DNA from: Microbacteriaceae bacterium
GTDB taxonomy: Bacteria > Actinomycetota > Actinomycetes > Actinomycetales > Microbacteriaceae
Assembly (NCBI GenBank): GCA_965660355.1
Contig: CBFHZN010000003.1
Span: 40,211-104,210 of the forward strand
DNA length: 64,000 nt
Direction of reading: 5' to 3'
Positions within the stretch are counted from its first letter, which is position 1. Each line of letters begins with the position of its first letter. Of the stretch, positions 27,748 through 37,044 are shown one piece after another. Under the pieces are notes generated by a model, which was not told where the DNA came from, did no database searches, and was given only the letters and a program-made list of their open reading frames with translations. The translations under genes and the position numbers were made by a program.

Positions 27748-29628
27748 TTACTCTCGTAGTTGTGATTCATCTAGCAACGAATTTCCTTTAATATCTTTTT
27801 CATATATTAATTGTTTTTTGCGAGATATTAAATCCTTAAATATTTTTTTATTTTCCATAGCTAATGGAGAATCACCCTTATATTGGGGTTTTGTAGATGT
27901 AGATTGATTTTTATCAGCTTTCATACCATCACTCCCAATTCTATCTTTACCAAAAGCACTATCTTGGGTATTTCTGTTACTAACTCTTTCTTTAGGTCTT
28001 CCTAAGGGTTCTTTCTCATCATACCCTTCAGGAAGTTCATCATCTTCATACCTGCCTCTACCATACAATGATGCTAAATCGTGGGGTGTACCATAAGATT
28101 TACCAGTTTCTAAGGGATCATTCCCTTCATTTTCAATTTGGGTAATGCGGAATTTACGTTTTTTATCTTGTAATGTTAAGTCTCTAAACTCATTATATTG
28201 ATCTTCACTTAAATCCCATATTTTTTCATATATGTGATCAGTTGGGAATAAACCACTTTCTTGCATTTGGGAAGAAAGTTCCATTTTTTCCTTCATTAAA
28301 GCTACTTTTTCTTGGCTATATATAATAGAAGGAGTTGTTAAACTCAATTCAAAGTTAGCAATACTTTCATCTTTGTATCCTTGGGTGTATAAATGGACAA
28401 CTGCTATTTTATGTAGTTCTGAAACTATTATTCTTTGGATGCGCTCTATGGTGCGAGCGAATCTTATATCTTCAGCGGCTAATGTAGCTTTTCCTTCTAG
28501 ATCTTTCTCATATCCCATAAAAGCTTTTGGGACTTTTAAAGCAGCAAATAACTTATCTCTTAAATATTCAACATCTTTAATTCCATCATACTGCAACCCG
28601 CCTAGATTGTCTATCTTGGTTGCTTGGTCATTTCCTCGCACCGGAATGTAAAAATCTTCTAAGAGATTTTGCATGTTATATTTTAAATTGTAATCCCCAG
28701 TTTCTTGATCTATGTATGGAGTACGCTTCATTTTAGAAATTGTCTTTTGCATAAAGTTTTCTACCTCAGCAGGAGCTATGTTTCCAACATTAATATAAAA
28801 TATCCGTTTTTCAGGGGCTCTAACTATACGATGAATTAACATTGCATCCTCCATCATAGTATATTGTTTAAATAATTTACGGGCAGGTTCTAGATATGAT
28901 CTACCATAGGGTAAAAAATTAGTGTCAGATAATAATCTAAAATGGGCTACCTCATAGTTGTCAAAATATATAGAAGTGTCGTTTAGTTGTTGATTACCAG
29001 GAACAGTAAAATACCCCATACTTGTGGGAGAGGTAGCTCCTTCTGGGTTGAATCTGAACCTAACATCGGAAGGTCTTTCTGTGTCGTATCCATCTTGTCT
29101 TTCTATATGGAATGCATTGTAGGGGATAACATTATATACCCCAAATTTTTCTGATATTTCTAATTTAAGGAAAAAATCTCCATATTTACACATATTGCGA
29201 ACCCAGGGCCATAAATTAAATTCAACATTTAAAATGTCATAAAATAGATTATATAATAACTTTTGGACATCTTCATTACTACTTTTTATCTGTAATACTT
29301 CTCCATTATCATTTTTTAAAGTACTTTCATCTGCTATTATATCCAAAGATGAAGCTACAATAGCATCTTGATCCATTGAATCATATTCTGAGTATAGTTG
29401 GGGTCTTAGGGTTGTGTAGTTAAAACTACTTTGATATCCATAAATAGAAGTGTTTGAATTAGTCCATATTCTATTAAATCTGTCTACTACAGAATTGTTA
29501 GAATATTCTCCAGAGACCTGGATTTTGTTTATGTCTATTACTTTTAAGTCTCCATCCCCATCATTACGCATGATAATATCGGTTGAGAATAAGCGTTTTA
29601 AACGTGTAAATAAAGTAGTATCTGCCAT
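27748..29628 (-). CDS. Portal protein, T4 gp20-like
   Basis: 626 aa. ..MMEDAMLIHRIVRAPEKRIFYINVGNIAPAEVENFMQK.. matches the gp20 core block ([27 protein letters not shown]). Confidence 0.9.
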   Translation of the reverse strand: MADTTLFTRLKRLFSTDIIMRNDGDGDLKVIDINKIQVSGEYSNNSVVDRFNRIWTNSNTSIYGYQSSFNYTTLRPQLYSEYDSMDQDAIVASSLDIIADESTLKNDNGEVLQIKSSNEDVQKLLYNLFYDILNVEFNLWPWVRNMCKYGDFFLKLEISEKFGVYNVIPYNAFHIERQDGYDTERPSDVRFRFNPEGATSPTSMGYFTVPGNQQLNDTSIYFDNYEVAHFRLLSDTNFLPYGRSYLEPARKLFKQYTMMEDAMLIHRIVRAPEKRIFYINVGNIAPAEVENFMQKTISKMKRTPYIDQETGDYNLKYNMQNLLEDFYIPVRGNDQATKIDNLGGLQYDGIKDVEYLRDKLFAALKVPKAFMGYEKDLEGKATLAAEDIRFARTIERIQRIIVSELHKIAVVHLYTQGYKDESIANFELSLTTPSIIYSQEKVALMKEKMELSSQMQESGLFPTDHIYEKIWDLSEDQYNEFRDLTLQDKKRKFRITQIENEGNDPLETGKSYGTPHDLASLYGRGRYEDDELPEGYDEKEPLGRPKERVSNRNTQDSAFGKDRIGSDGMKADKNQSTSTKPQYKGDSPLAMENKKIFKDLISRKKQLIYEKDIKGNSLLDESQLRE

Positions 29629-29639
29629 TTGTTACGATT

Positions 29640-31238
29640 TTATAGGAGCCATGAGATGTCTTCATCTCCTCCTGAGTAGGGGTTATCTATTTTGTATGGG
29701 TTTGGGTTAGAACTATCTTGGGAATATCCTCCAGAATAACCAACACCTTTTGTTGTTGTAGAATTTTTTGATATACTATTTAACATACTTTTATGCATTT
29801 CAACACCATTTTGTCTTAGTTTAAATGATGAATCTCTTAAAAAACAAGCCATAGACATTGCCATTATTAAATCATCATTATAACCATTTTGGGCTTCGGG
29901 TCTTCCATTTTTCCAGATGAAAACCTTCATTTCTTCTAAAGTTCTAGAAGATTTTAAAGTTAAGCCTTTATCTCTAATAGCTTCTTGGAATTTTCCCACC
30001 GCTATAGGTCTAGTGGAGGAAGAATTTGTAAAGCCTGGTGTCATTTTACTATGGTCCATGTATGGGTCAAAATATGTATCAACATTTAATGCATTTCCTT
30101 TCGGTGAATAATACAAATTCTGATAGCCCCTATCAAGGATAGTTTGAATAGTAGACCAACCAATTGAAGAGTTTTCTGGGGCTAATAGGGCATTATTATA
30201 TTCTGTTGCTATTCCAACCAATAAATTACCAAAATCAGTAGTTCCAATTTGTCCTCTATACTCTCCAACTTGTGTAAAATTCTCTATGTCTATTATTTGG
30301 AATGTTGAGTAGTCTTTCCCATCTCCCCTAGCAACATCAGCTGTTATTAAATATGTTTTTTCATAATTAGCAGGTTCCCATATCCATAAATCTTGATTAA
30401 TTCCTCTTTTCTCTAAGGGGGGTTGGATTATTTGATCCTCATAATAACTAATTTCAGGGGCTAAAAATACAGTATCCCCAGAGGTGGTGAAATCACAATC
30501 ACATTCTTGAGCTGCCATTTTAGGACCCAAGTCTTTATCTTGTTGGTCTCTCCATGATTGGTCTCTTTCTGGGTGGACATTCCATTTTAATTTTATGGGG
30601 AGGAAACTATTATCCCCCTCCTCAGCTGATACCCAGGTTTTGTGAAACCAATTACCGGTACCATAAGGTGTTGAAAGTGCTATACATCCACCTCCTGTAG
30701 CTAAGGTTTGTTGAGCTGATGCCCATATTTCTCCAATATTATCAATAAAAGCTGCCTCATCGATTAATAATAAAGATACTGCTTCTGAACGGCCAGCGTC
30801 ACTTGATGCTGATGTGGCTTTAATTTGGGAACCATTATTTAAACGTAAGGTAAGTTTATTATGTTCTTGGGGTTTTTCTTTTTCTCTCAACCATGAAGGT
30901 AAATTATCATACATGAATTTTACCTTAGTAACCATATTTTTAGCAGTTTCTTGTTTTGTTGCAATACATAAAATGTTTTTATCTTGATTAAATAACATCA
31001 TATGGAGTGAGTATCCTGCGGATAAAGTTGATAATCCTAACTGTCTGGATTTTAATATTATAGAATATGGATTTTCTTGAAATAGGGTAAGTACTCTATC
31101 TTGGAATGGGTATAAATTAAATGGTATTCTTCCTCTTTTTGGGTGTTGGATGAAGCAATACTTTTTCATAAAATATGATGGGGATGTGGCACATCTTATA
31201 TATTCCTCTCGTATAGCAGTTTTAAGATCTTTACCCAT
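29640..31238 (-). CDS. Terminase large subunit, T4 gp17-like
   Basis: 532 aa. Walker A-like SRQLGLST, Walker B LLLIDEAAF, and a C-terminal RNaseH-like nuclease segment (ITADVARGDGKDYSTFQIID). Confidence 0.9.
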   Translation of the reverse strand: MGKDLKTAIREEYIRCATSPSYFMKKYCFIQHPKRGRIPFNLYPFQDRVLTLFQENPYSIILKSRQLGLSTLSAGYSLHMMLFNQDKNILCIATKQETAKNMVTKVKFMYDNLPSWLREKEKPQEHNKLTLRLNNGSQIKATSASSDAGRSEAVSLLLIDEAAFIDNIGEIWASAQQTLATGGGCIALSTPYGTGNWFHKTWVSAEEGDNSFLPIKLKWNVHPERDQSWRDQQDKDLGPKMAAQECDCDFTTSGDTVFLAPEISYYEDQIIQPPLEKRGINQDLWIWEPANYEKTYLITADVARGDGKDYSTFQIIDIENFTQVGEYRGQIGTTDFGNLLVGIATEYNNALLAPENSSIGWSTIQTILDRGYQNLYYSPKGNALNVDTYFDPYMDHSKMTPGFTNSSSTRPIAVGKFQEAIRDKGLTLKSSRTLEEMKVFIWKNGRPEAQNGYNDDLIMAMSMACFLRDSSFKLRQNGVEMHKSMLNSISKNSTTTKGVGYSGGYSQDSSNPNPYKIDNPYSGGDEDISWLL

Positions 31239-31245
31239 TAATATA

Positions 31246-31671
31246 TTATTTTATTATAAATATAGCAAGAATACCACCTAATATGGCTGTGGTGGTAGAT
31301 GATATAATGAGACCCGTTTTTAATTTTTTATTTTGGTTTATTAAATCATTATTTATCTTTAATAGATCTTTTTCCCTATTTAAATGGTATGATTCTTTGG
31401 TTTTATATGAACCTATAATAGTTTGATAGTTTGTTTCTTTATAGAGGAGTAGGTCAATTATCTGAGAGTTATTTTCTAATTTATTATTACTTATAGCTAA
31501 TAGGTTTTGGGTGTATTCTAATTCAATAGATAAAGAATCATATCTAATTAATTCTCTAGATATATTTTGAACTGTTTGATAATCAAAACATATTTTATTT
31601 GTATCTATCTGTGATAAACTTGTAAAGCTCAGTAGAAGTATAATTACTAACATCTTGAATTTGTTTTTCAT
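31246..31671 (-). CDS. Secreted coiled-coil protein with C-terminal transmembrane anchor
   Basis: I prefer the start at M25 of the track ORF (31246..31743): MKNKFKMLVIILLLSFTSLSQ is a signal peptide. C-terminal TM GLIISSTTTAILGGILAIFII. Confidence 0.5.
   Translation of the reverse strand: MKNKFKMLVIILLLSFTSLSQIDTNKICFDYQTVQNISRELIRYDSLSIELEYTQNLLAISNNKLENNSQIIDLLLYKETNYQTIIGSYKTKESYHLNREKDLLKINNDLINQNKKLKTGLIISSTTTAILGGILAIFIIK
31254..31263 (-). promoter_or_regulatory. Conserved 10-mer TTATAAATAT (plus)
   Basis: Exact copy 15 nt upstream of the TerL ATG, overlapping the 3' end of the upstream gene. Confidence 0.45.
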
Positions 31672-31954
31672 ATGTTTTTCTTTGGTTTTGGATATTTTTA
31701 TTAAGGGAATCAACTTGTGTTTTGTATTTAAAAGATATATCAAGATACTCTAAATATCTATTTTCTAATTCCCTATTTTTATTCTCATATCTTTGGATAA
31801 CTCCAGATAGACTATCAAGTTGGGGTTGATATGGGTTTGAGATGAAATTGGAGGAAACATTATTTCTATTTATAAGAAACAATGTAACCCCCAACAGTAT
31901 AATTCCTATTAAAATTAAATGTAATTTATCTAAATTCAAAACCCATTTTTTCAT
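31595..31954 (-). CDS. N-terminally membrane-anchored coiled-coil protein
   Basis: 119 aa. TM LHLILIGIILLGVTLFLI followed by coiled coil. Its 3' end overlaps the next gene out of frame. Confidence 0.5.
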   Translation of the reverse strand: MKKWVLNLDKLHLILIGIILLGVTLFLINRNNVSSNFISNPYQPQLDSLSGVIQRYENKNRELENRYLEYLDISFKYKTQVDSLNKNIQNQRKTYEKQIQDVSNYTSTELYKFITDRYK

Positions 31955-31957
31955 ATT

Positions 31958-33019
31958 CTATACTTCTCTACCAGCTGTCCTTTTTAAATCATCAAGCATA
32001 GATTTTGGTAATTTGTATTCATCTTTTGCTTTCTTTAAATATGCATCAACTACAGCTTTATTATCACTATATTTTTTAATGAATTTCAACCCTGCATTGA
32101 ATAGTTTCTTTTTATCCTCGGGGGTTGATCCTAATGCTTTAGAGGTTGCATCTTTTTCTAAAGATGCTAGGGCTTCTTTATCTTCATCATCCAATTTTGG
32201 GGATGGAGTAGATTTTACGGGTTTTGTTTCAGTTTTTTTTGGAGATGCTTTTTGAGTAGGTTTTGATTTGGAATTACCACCAGTTGATGGTCTACCTCTT
32301 TTTCCTAATTTTCTTTCTCCTTTAGTTAAAGAAATGAATTTGTTTAATTGGTTATCGTGTAGAGTTTGATCTCCAAGAGCAGATACAACTCCACTATCAG
32401 ATTTAATTTTTTTCTTAAGGGCTAATCCTTCTAAATCAGAATTATCATTAATTACTTTTTCAATTGAGGATTTTAAGTCACCGGCAATTTTAGCCATTTC
32501 ATTTAATCCTAATGCTTTTTTAGCATATCTTTGGGTTTGAGGACCTCCTAAAGAAGGGGTATATGGTCTTCCACCATCTAAAAATGCGGTATATGAAGAT
32601 AAATCAAATTCTGCTCCTGCTTTATTAGCTAGGGTTCTTAACACTTTTTGTGCTTCAGGACTTTCATATGCATCCTCTTGTGCTGCTACAGCAGCATCAA
32701 AATCCTCTAAAGCTTTTACAATATGAGGTTTTACCTCAAATTCTCTACCTTTAATGGTAATTTCATCTTGTTTTCTAGCTTTGGCACTTAATAAAAATGA
32801 AGCTACTGTATTAGCATCTTGCTTTAAATCTGGGTATGATTTAGTAATTGCAGCAATTGCCTTTTTAGCTGCTCCTGATACAGTACCAAATACTGGGGTT
32901 CCTTCTGGGGAGAGGCTTATATCTCTTCCTCCTGATGGGTTATCATCTATAAATACTCTTTCTTTTAATGCAGATGAAATTTCTTCTTGTATAATTTCTA
33001 CTAAACGTTTTTTATTCAT
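31958..33019 (-). CDS. Hypothetical protein with a Lys/Pro/Ser/Thr-rich basic tract near the C-terminus
   Basis: 353 aa. N-terminus MNKKRLVEIIQEEISSALKE (loose family-A leader). Tract ..KRGRPSTGGNSKSKPTQKASPKKTETKPVKSTPSPK... Confidence 0.5.
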   Translation of the reverse strand: MNKKRLVEIIQEEISSALKERVFIDDNPSGGRDISLSPEGTPVFGTVSGAAKKAIAAITKSYPDLKQDANTVASFLLSAKARKQDEITIKGREFEVKPHIVKALEDFDAAVAAQEDAYESPEAQKVLRTLANKAGAEFDLSSYTAFLDGGRPYTPSLGGPQTQRYAKKALGLNEMAKIAGDLKSSIEKVINDNSDLEGLALKKKIKSDSGVVSALGDQTLHDNQLNKFISLTKGERKLGKRGRPSTGGNSKSKPTQKASPKKTETKPVKSTPSPKLDDEDKEALASLEKDATSKALGSTPEDKKKLFNAGLKFIKKYSDNKAVVDAYLKKAKDEYKLPKSMLDDLKRTAGREV

Positions 33020-33034
33020 TTTTATTTACTTTTA

Positions 33035-33044
33035 TTATAAATAT
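33035..33044 (-). promoter_or_regulatory. Conserved 10-mer TTATAAATAT (plus)
   Basis: Exact copy 15 nt upstream of the ATG at 33019. Confidence 0.45.
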
Positions 33045-33574
33045 CATAAAGATAGTACCTGTTGCATTTTATTAATTCTCTCTTCAACTGATCCAGATAA
33101 AGTATGTAAATTCTTTATTTTGTAAGTGTAATCATGAAGTATACGCTTAATAGAATTATCTATGGTTTTACGGTATTCTTCATCATATGCTCTAACTCCA
33201 TTATCCTCTAATTCAACTCCATCAGGGGAAACATAGAATATGTAATCATACTCATTTATTAGGAGGGATGCTAAATTTTCAAAATATTCATTTTGGTAAT
33301 AAGGGATTGATCTAGAAGAAGATGTAAATGCTAGTACATCTATTATAGTCCTATCAGTTATTACATTCTCTTGAATTAACTCACTAGCACGTTCAGCTAA
33401 GAATATTATTTGTCCCTTTAAAGTAGAATCAGTGTTTAGGGGAATACCTAAATCTCTTAAATATTTTGAACGTTCTGTTATAAAGTTGTAATCTTTAAAT
33501 TCGGGTAATTCCTTTAGAGCATTTACCAAAGTAGTTTTCCCTACACTGATTGTGCCACATAATCCTATTTTCAT
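33044..33574 (-). CDS. P-loop kinase, AAA_28 / NadR C-terminal (ribosylnicotinamide kinase)-like
   Basis: 176 aa. Walker A GTISVGKTT, ..ITDRT.. and ..YDYIFYVSPDGVELEDNGVRAYDEEYR.. resemble the NadR kinase domain layout. Confidence 0.45.
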   Translation of the reverse strand: MKIGLCGTISVGKTTLVNALKELPEFKDYNFITERSKYLRDLGIPLNTDSTLKGQIIFLAERASELIQENVITDRTIIDVLAFTSSSRSIPYYQNEYFENLASLLINEYDYIFYVSPDGVELEDNGVRAYDEEYRKTIDNSIKRILHDYTYKIKNLHTLSGSVEERINKMQQVLSL

Positions 33575-33587
33575 AATTTATTTTACT

Positions 33588-33845
33588 TTAATAATTTGTT
33601 AAATTTTTTAAAACATATATAAGATCTTTAGCTTCATCTTTTAATAATTTTAAATATTTTGAAGCATTCTCTCCCCCATATTCTCCTATACTAGAAATAT
33701 TTTTAATTAAAATGTAACATGCTTCTTTTATATCTAAAAAACCACTATCTAAATTATCCCAATCGATTTGATTTAATAAAGATTCTATAGTTTTAATATA
33801 ATTAGAAGCTAATACTTCAACAAGTAATTTAGATATTCTTTCCAT
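33588..33845 (-). CDS. Hypothetical protein
   Basis: 85 aa ORF, helical composition. Confidence 0.45.
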   Translation of the reverse strand: MERISKLLVEVLASNYIKTIESLLNQIDWDNLDSGFLDIKEACYILIKNISSIGEYGGENASKYLKLLKDEAKDLIYVLKNLTNY

Positions 33846-33954
33846 GTTTCTTTAGTGTGTTTTTGGCTTTTTTAATAGCTTGACGGATGAATGAAATATC
33901 TTGATCAATCTGTTTTATTTCAGACTCTGTAAGTTGTTTTTTATCTTTCCCCAT
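33829..33954 (-). CDS. Possible small ORF (41 aa, MGKDKKQLTESEIKQIDQDISFIRQAIKKAKNTLKKHGKNI)
   Basis: Hand-translated. Fills the gap between two genes and overlaps the next start by 17 nt. Below the track length cut-off. Confidence 0.3.
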   Translation of the reverse strand: MGKDKKQLTESEIKQIDQDISFIRQAIKKAKNTLKKHGKNI

Positions 33955-33959
33955 ATTAG

Positions 33960-35258
33960 TTAATTTTTATTTAAAACTCCTTCAGCTACATAAACACCAT
34001 GCGAACCACTAACAGTTATACCCCTTGCACTTAAAGCATCTCCTACAAAATGTACGTTAGGAAAATTTATTAAACTAAGATCTTTATAATTTACTTTTAC
34101 CTCGGGTGATAGGTATTTTACCTCTGGTATATATATTCCCCAATCATCTTTAAGTGTTGGGAATACTTTTTTCATATCCTCAATGAAATCCTCTACATAT
34201 TCGAAATAACCACCCATTGTTTCTCTAACCATATCTAGGTTATCTATTTGATAAGATGTTACATCATTCCCCTCAGATGTAGTAGAGGGTTTACGAGATG
34301 GGCTATAATATAAACCAGTACCCTCTAATTGTAATTTACTTACTACATCACGTGACCATTTAAATGGATCTTCAATACCATTTATTTCCATTAAAATACC
34401 AAAATTAGTCATATTATTTCGGTATGCTTCATCTTTTTTAGCATGTCCATTATATGAATGATCTCCATATGTTTCCTCTACAGCAACATAAGCGGCATTA
34501 TTGTTTGTACAGAATGAACGTAACGAAACACCTTTATCTTCGAATTTTCTATATAATTTGAAATCATAGCTAATATCAATTAGTTTTTGGAAGTGATGTT
34601 GTGGTGCTTCGAATCTACATCCAATTTGTACTGATTTTGGTTCATCTGGGAGTTTGTAATCTTGGGCTAATTGTTGGGCAAAATCAATTCCTGATTTTCC
34701 TACGGCAAATATTAGGGTATCATAGGGAAATCTAAGTTTAATGTTATCTGTTTCAACTAACTTTTGATTAAAATGAATATCTGTTACTTTAGTTTCCCAT
34801 TTAAAATTAACCCCTTTAGATACTAGATAATCATACCAATTTTTACCAATTTCATGGAGGTAATCTGTACCAACATGCCACACAGGAAACAAACGTAAAC
34901 CAAAGTATGGTTTAATAAAATCTGGTTCCGCAACTGGATTTGAACATTGTACTTCTTCTGGTTTGGGGTGGAAACGTTTAAAATTTGTAATAACCTGGTC
35001 CATCAATTCCATGGCTTTTTCTTCACCGGTATATTTAGATAAATGACCACCAATAGCTGTGTGGTATGTTAATTTACCATCACTCCATCCTCCTGCTCCT
35101 AGCATACCTGTCATTACTTCCTCAGGTAACCTGTTATATGGATCTTTACCCATATCAATTATTGTTATGAGTTCTCCAGGGTAATCATTGTCTACAAGTT
35201 TAGTTGCAGCGTTAATACCGGCTACTCCTGCTCCTACAATTACTATTTTTTTATCCAT
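33960..35258 (-). CDS. FAD-dependent oxidoreductase (COG2509-like)
   Basis: 432 aa. N-terminal Rossmann motif IVIVGAGVAGINAA and GAGGWSDGKL, characteristic of this dehydrogenase group. Confidence 0.7.
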   Translation of the reverse strand: MDKKIVIVGAGVAGINAATKLVDNDYPGELITIIDMGKDPYNRLPEEVMTGMLGAGGWSDGKLTYHTAIGGHLSKYTGEEKAMELMDQVITNFKRFHPKPEEVQCSNPVAEPDFIKPYFGLRLFPVWHVGTDYLHEIGKNWYDYLVSKGVNFKWETKVTDIHFNQKLVETDNIKLRFPYDTLIFAVGKSGIDFAQQLAQDYKLPDEPKSVQIGCRFEAPQHHFQKLIDISYDFKLYRKFEDKGVSLRSFCTNNNAAYVAVEETYGDHSYNGHAKKDEAYRNNMTNFGILMEINGIEDPFKWSRDVVSKLQLEGTGLYYSPSRKPSTTSEGNDVTSYQIDNLDMVRETMGGYFEYVEDFIEDMKKVFPTLKDDWGIYIPEVKYLSPEVKVNYKDLSLINFPNVHFVGDALSARGITVSGSHGVYVAEGVLNKN

Positions 35259-35290
35259 TTATTTAATTTAATTTTTATGTTATAATATAC

Positions 35291-35323
35291 GAAAATAAAA
35301 AAGCGTCTCCAAATAAGAGACGC
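35291..35323 (-). terminator. Rho-independent terminator
   Basis: Minus strand reads GCGTCTC-TTATTTG-GAGACGC followed by TTTTTTATTTT. Confidence 0.7.
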
Positions 35324-35358
35324 CACAGCTGCCATAAAATTATAAACTCTTTCGAGTC

Positions 35359-35377
35359 CCTAGGCTATGAATCTAGG
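35359..35377 (-). repeat. Hairpin motif copy 1: CCTAG-GCTATGAAT-CTAGG (plus)
   Basis: 5 bp stem and 9 nt loop. The loop is identical to the copy at 35765..35785 and the stem differs by compensatory changes. Confidence 0.6.
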
Positions 35378-35400
35378 TATATATTAGTTTATTTTAATTT

Positions 35401-35727
35401 TTAAATTGAATCTCCATCACTAAAGTAATAGAAACTCATTTCTGAACGCATAGCATTTTCTAATTCTTTGTCAGTCCTTTGTTCAACATCTTCAATATAT
35501 TGTTCAAATTCACCCCAACCCTCATCATCATTAATAAATTGTTCAGCATCAACCTCTTCATTATTAAATTGGGAAAGGTAATTAAGGGCTTTTTGTTTAT
35601 CAATATAATAAAAATTATATTCTTCATCACTTTCTTCTTCATCTTTAACAACATATTTGTTATTAATATTGTTTTCTTCAAATAATCTACCTTCAGCTAA
35701 ATATTTTTTTAAGTCAAAATTATCCAT
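35401..35727 (-). CDS. Acidic hypothetical protein with family-B leader (MDNFDLKKYLAEG)
   Basis: 108 aa ORF. The alternative-frame ORF 35460..35681 inside it is low complexity and I rejected it. Confidence 0.6.
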   Translation of the reverse strand: MDNFDLKKYLAEGRLFEENNINNKYVVKDEEESDEEYNFYYIDKQKALNYLSQFNNEEVDAEQFINDDEGWGEFEQYIEDVEQRTDKELENAMRSEMSFYYFSDGDSI

Positions 35728-35764
35728 ATATTTTTATTTTAAGTGTTTAATGTTTATTTTTATC

Positions 35765-35785
35765 ACCCAGGCTATGAATCTGGGT
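35765..35785 (-). repeat. Hairpin motif copy 2: (A)CCCAG-GCTATGAAT-CTGGG(T) (plus)
   Basis: Same 9 nt loop as copy 1. Stem covaries (T-A to C-G), and one extra A-T pair is possible. Confidence 0.6.
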
Positions 35786-35801
35786 TGTTTGTGTGTTGTT
35801 T

Positions 35802-36284
35802 TTAGTCTCCGGTGTATGTTGCTCCCATACTACCTTTGGATTTTCTAGGGAATACCCCCCCAGGGATGGTTTGGGAGGGGATTTTTTGATTTATTATTTT
35901 AATAAGCTTTACATTAAGGGATTGGGCTTCTTCTCTTGTTAAATCTTCCAATCTGTCTCTTTCTATTCTTGAGAGTTCAAGACTTACTACTTTATCTAAT
36001 TCTTTCTCAGGGTGTTTTTTTATAAGATTTTTAATAGCATTGAGGTGAGAAAGACGAGACGTATCAACCTCTTTTAAATCAACTGATTGGTTTTTAAATT
36101 GATTGTAGTTAAGTTTTATAATTTTTTGGGTTTTTGGGTTTTTTAGAGTTATAATGAATTCGTCTTCATCAATAACTACATAACGAGTACCTTTATATAG
36201 AACTACATCACCGGGTTGGGGAGATCCCCTTAATGCTTTTTTAATTTCCTCTTTAATGAGTTGTTTTAAATCTGATTTTTTCAT
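35802..36284 (-). CDS. Hypothetical protein with family-A leader (MKKSDLKQLIKEEI)
   Basis: 160 aa ORF. Confidence 0.6.
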   Translation of the reverse strand: MKKSDLKQLIKEEIKKALRGSPQPGDVVLYKGTRYVVIDEDEFIITLKNPKTQKIIKLNYNQFKNQSVDLKEVDTSRLSHLNAIKNLIKKHPEKELDKVVSLELSRIERDRLEDLTREEAQSLNVKLIKIINQKIPSQTIPGGVFPRKSKGSMGATYTGD

Positions 36285-36757
36285 ATTGTTGGCTTAACTA
36301 TTATAGTATTTTTTTCTAAAATATCCTCTAATGTATATCTTGTTTTATCTAAAAATTTATTTAATGTTTGTCTATATAATCTATGGCGTAAATTATCATT
36401 AGCTTCTAAATAAAATTCTGTAAAATATTCTGTGTAGTATTTTAAGATTTCGTTTAAGAAAACATAGATAAACGTATTAAATATTCTTTCATCATATGTT
36501 GGGGGTTTATCATATCGTTTATTTCCTTTATCATCTACCCACCCAAATTTAATTTCAGCTATTGTGTCTCCTTTATATAAAGATTGGTTTAAAATTATAA
36601 AATGTTGAATATCTTTTCTATCTTTAAACACCCATAAATTTTTGCGGGTATGTTCAAAATCATAATGGTTATCAGGATTTACAGATTCAATCATTAACTC
36701 GTATGAGGAAGTTATAAGTTCCTCTTTAATGAGTTGTTTTAAATCTTGTTTTTTCAT
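36281..36757 (-). CDS. Hypothetical protein with family-A leader (MKKQDLKQLIKEEL)
   Basis: 158 aa ORF. Its first 39 nt match those of 35802..36284 at 37 positions, but the rest is unrelated. Confidence 0.6.
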   Translation of the reverse strand: MKKQDLKQLIKEELITSSYELMIESVNPDNHYDFEHTRKNLWVFKDRKDIQHFIILNQSLYKGDTIAEIKFGWVDDKGNKRYDKPPTYDERIFNTFIYVFLNEILKYYTEYFTEFYLEANDNLRHRLYRQTLNKFLDKTRYTLEDILEKNTIIVKPTI

Positions 36758-37044
36758 TCTTCTATCTTTATCTTGAGTGTATTATTTCCTTTTATTACAC
36801 GATGCCACTCTTTTGCGTTTATAAATATACAAACTCCCTCTTTGAGTTCAACTGGTAGTTCATTATCTCTTTGAAAATACCAACCTTTACCTTCTAAAAC
36901 TTCTACTGTTCGATTTTCTAAATCCCGATGCCAAAGTAGCTCAATTGGATCTATATTATCACTAAACTCGCGTATAATATATTTATCTGTGATCTCTATG
37001 TCTGTGTACGGATTACTCACTTTCTTTACGTTCTTGCCACTCAT
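36754..37044 (-). CDS. Hypothetical small beta-rich protein (cupin-like is a weak guess)
   Basis: 96 aa ORF. ..LWHRDLENRTVEVLEGKGWYFQ..WHRVIKG.. Confidence 0.4.
   Translation of the reverse strand: MSGKNVKKVSNPYTDIEITDKYIIREFSDNIDPIELLWHRDLENRTVEVLEGKGWYFQRDNELPVELKEGVCIFINAKEWHRVIKGNNTLKIKIEE

Noticed and set aside
31672-31743. N-terminal 24-codon extension of the track ORF 31246..31743
   Set aside because: The internal Met at 31671 begins a canonical signal peptide (MKNKFKMLVIILLL..), and the extension only lengthens the out-of-frame overlap. The call remains uncertain.
35460-35681. Minus-strand 73 aa ORF in an alternative frame inside 35401..35727
   Set aside because: The peptide is low-complexity Lys/Asn/Met/Leu. 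The overlapping 108-aa frame carries the leader shared with two other genes and is the better candidate.
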